Assembly (NCBI GenBank): GCA_038087875.1
Contig: JAXLNO010000061.1
Span: 1-64,000 of the forward strand
Length of the DNA: 64,000 nt
Direction: 5' to 3'
DNA from: Malacoraja senta
Taxonomy: Eukaryota
This document shows, in pieces, positions 62,201 to 64,000 of the stretch. Every line of letters begins with the position of its first letter. Position 1 is the stretch's first letter. The position numbers and the translations under genes are program-made. The notes beneath the pieces are model-generated. The model was not told where the DNA came from, did no database searches, and saw only the letters and a program-made list of their open reading frames with translations.

Positions 62201-63716
62201 ACCTCTCTGCTCAGTTTTGACCAGTCCAGTTTACTTGAGGAAGCAGCATTATTATTACTGGACAGCAGGGGGACATTCTCAACATTTAACTGTGCAGCAA
62301 TAGGTATGTGATCAGAGGTGGCAAGTTCATAACAAATCTCCACCTTTTCCAGTGAGGCATGAGCATCAGCTGTGGTCACACTATGGTCTAACCAAGATGT
62401 TGTGTGCCACGCTTCACTAACATAGGTAAAACTTGTATCAGGCAACAGAGCTTTACTCGATAGAATTAATTTAGACTCATTACAAAACTGCTGCAGGTGT
62501 GCTGCAAATAAAGATTTGCTATCTGACATGTCAGCATTAAATTCACCCATGACGTAGACACAAGATGAGCTGTTGTCCTCCATAAAGGACTGAATAAAAG
62601 CTAACCTGTTCAGAAACTCGTCCTCATGCTCATATGATTCATACGGTCTATAAACATTTAAGACAGTAAATTTATTTTCATTATAATTACACTCCAGCCC
62701 TATGGCCCAGTCAACATTTAGACGCACCACCTTCACCAGTGAGTCATATTTGATGTTCCACAGTATAGCTACACCACCAGCTATCCTACCCCGAACCAGC
62801 CTCGTACTGAGGTCGGTAGTGGACTCTCCAGCCCCATGGAAGTTCATGTGTAGAGTGCTCAAGTTATCCAGATCTTGATAGGCCTACTGCCAGAATATTA
62901 ACTAATAATATTTTGTCCTCGAAATTTCAGTTATCATGGGGAAATAGACAGGGTTGTTCATTATCACCTCTGCTATTTGCTCTTGTAATAGAACCGTTAG
63001 CGGAAAGTATTAGGATACATCCGAACATTCATGGGTACAATACAAAATACTCAAATAATAAGATATCTTTATATGCGGATGATGTACTACTATATATCAC
63101 AAAATCACAAATTAGTATACCAAATATATTAAATTTAATAGAGGAATTTGGATCCTTTTCAGGATATAGAATAAATTGGAATAAAAGTGAAATTATGACG
63201 ATTAAACCTCAAGAACCGACACACCTGTTAAAATTCCCTTTTAAAATCGCTTCAGAAAAATTAAAATATTTGGGAATTGAAATTACTAGAAAATATAAAT
63301 CTCTATTTAATGCAAACTATATGCCTTTACTCAATAAACTAAACACACTGATTAAATTCTGGAAAACCCTCCCGATGTCTCTTATAGGCCGAATAAATGC
63401 TATAAAAATGATCTTTTTACCACAAATTTTATATCTATTCCAGTCAATACCGATATACTTACCAAAACAATTTTTTTTTAATTGGATGCTGATATTACAA
63501 ACTTTATATGGGACTATAAATTCCACAGAATACAAAGAAAACATTTGTGTAAACCTAAAGAATTTGGTGGATTATCACTCCCCAATTTGTTATATTATTA
63601 TTGGGCCACAAACGTCAAAAATATGATTCACCTGTTGGACAATTCGGCCCAGCAGGTGGAGTGGATAGTAATGGAGAGAGAGGACTGTTCCCCTCTTAAT
63701 ATAGGAGCGATCCTAT
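56261..63716 (+). mobile_element. L1 family A, copy 2 (from mid-ORF1), interrupted at 60114-62875 and 3'-truncated
   Basis: 56261-59835 duplicates 45376-48960. RT resumes at 62881 (LLYD|RPTARIL) and includes YADD in ORF 62913..63626. Confidence 0.92.
60114..62875 (-). mobile_element. RTEX-like non-LTR retrotransposon, 5'-truncated
   Basis: APE (SWLDH, SDHIP), NYRPIAL, FIDASKAFD, GVRQGGILSP, YADD, YNDAMRLLL.VPRWHSASQLF. TSD tgata. Stop at 61222. The clade call is tentative. Confidence 0.8.
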
Positions 63717-64000
63717 ATAGGAGCGATCCTATATTAAGGACTTTGCTGTCCGGGTTGCCGTACACAGAGGAGGAAGGCAACCTTTATCCCCAGGGCTGTC
63801 CAGCTTCTTAATGCTGATCACTGACTCATGAACATATGAAATTAAATAACCTTCTATATGCACTTGTTAATTGAAGCAGTAAGGAAGCACTCTAAAAACT
63901 ATTACTATGTGTTGAAAACTATTACTATGTGTTGAATGTTGATGTGCTGTGTGTCTTGTGTGATTGTGCAGTGTGTCTGTGAAATGCGTGTGTGTTGGTT

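Overview
Eukaryotic (vertebrate) DNA; the repeat repertoire suggests a cartilaginous fish such as a skate or ray (inference). The window is almost entirely a nested pile of transposable elements with no intact host gene. Contents: a decayed FAM110C-like pseudogene (641-2227, -); two DIRS tyrosine-recombinase retroelements (4671-10194, 20339-25324); an endogenous retrovirus whose RT core is deleted but whose 418-aa env ORF is fully open (13926-15182, -); several CR1 LINEs, one near full length with a twin-priming-type 5' inversion (18927-28210); Rex1, L2 and RTE/RTEX-like LINE pieces; two related spliced THAP/P-element (THAP9-like) transposase copies (31.6-43.3 kb); a non-autonomous Helitron carrying a 48-bp minisatellite; Harbinger-type MITEs; a non-autonomous Gypsy-type LTR element; and an L1 stack (45-63.7 kb) in which a near-intact L1 sits between two copies of a ~3.6-kb direct repeat. 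Many insertion boundaries are fixed by empty sites or interrupted reading frames inside the window. Family assignments come from motifs recognised by eye, not from database searches, and some boundaries are approximate.
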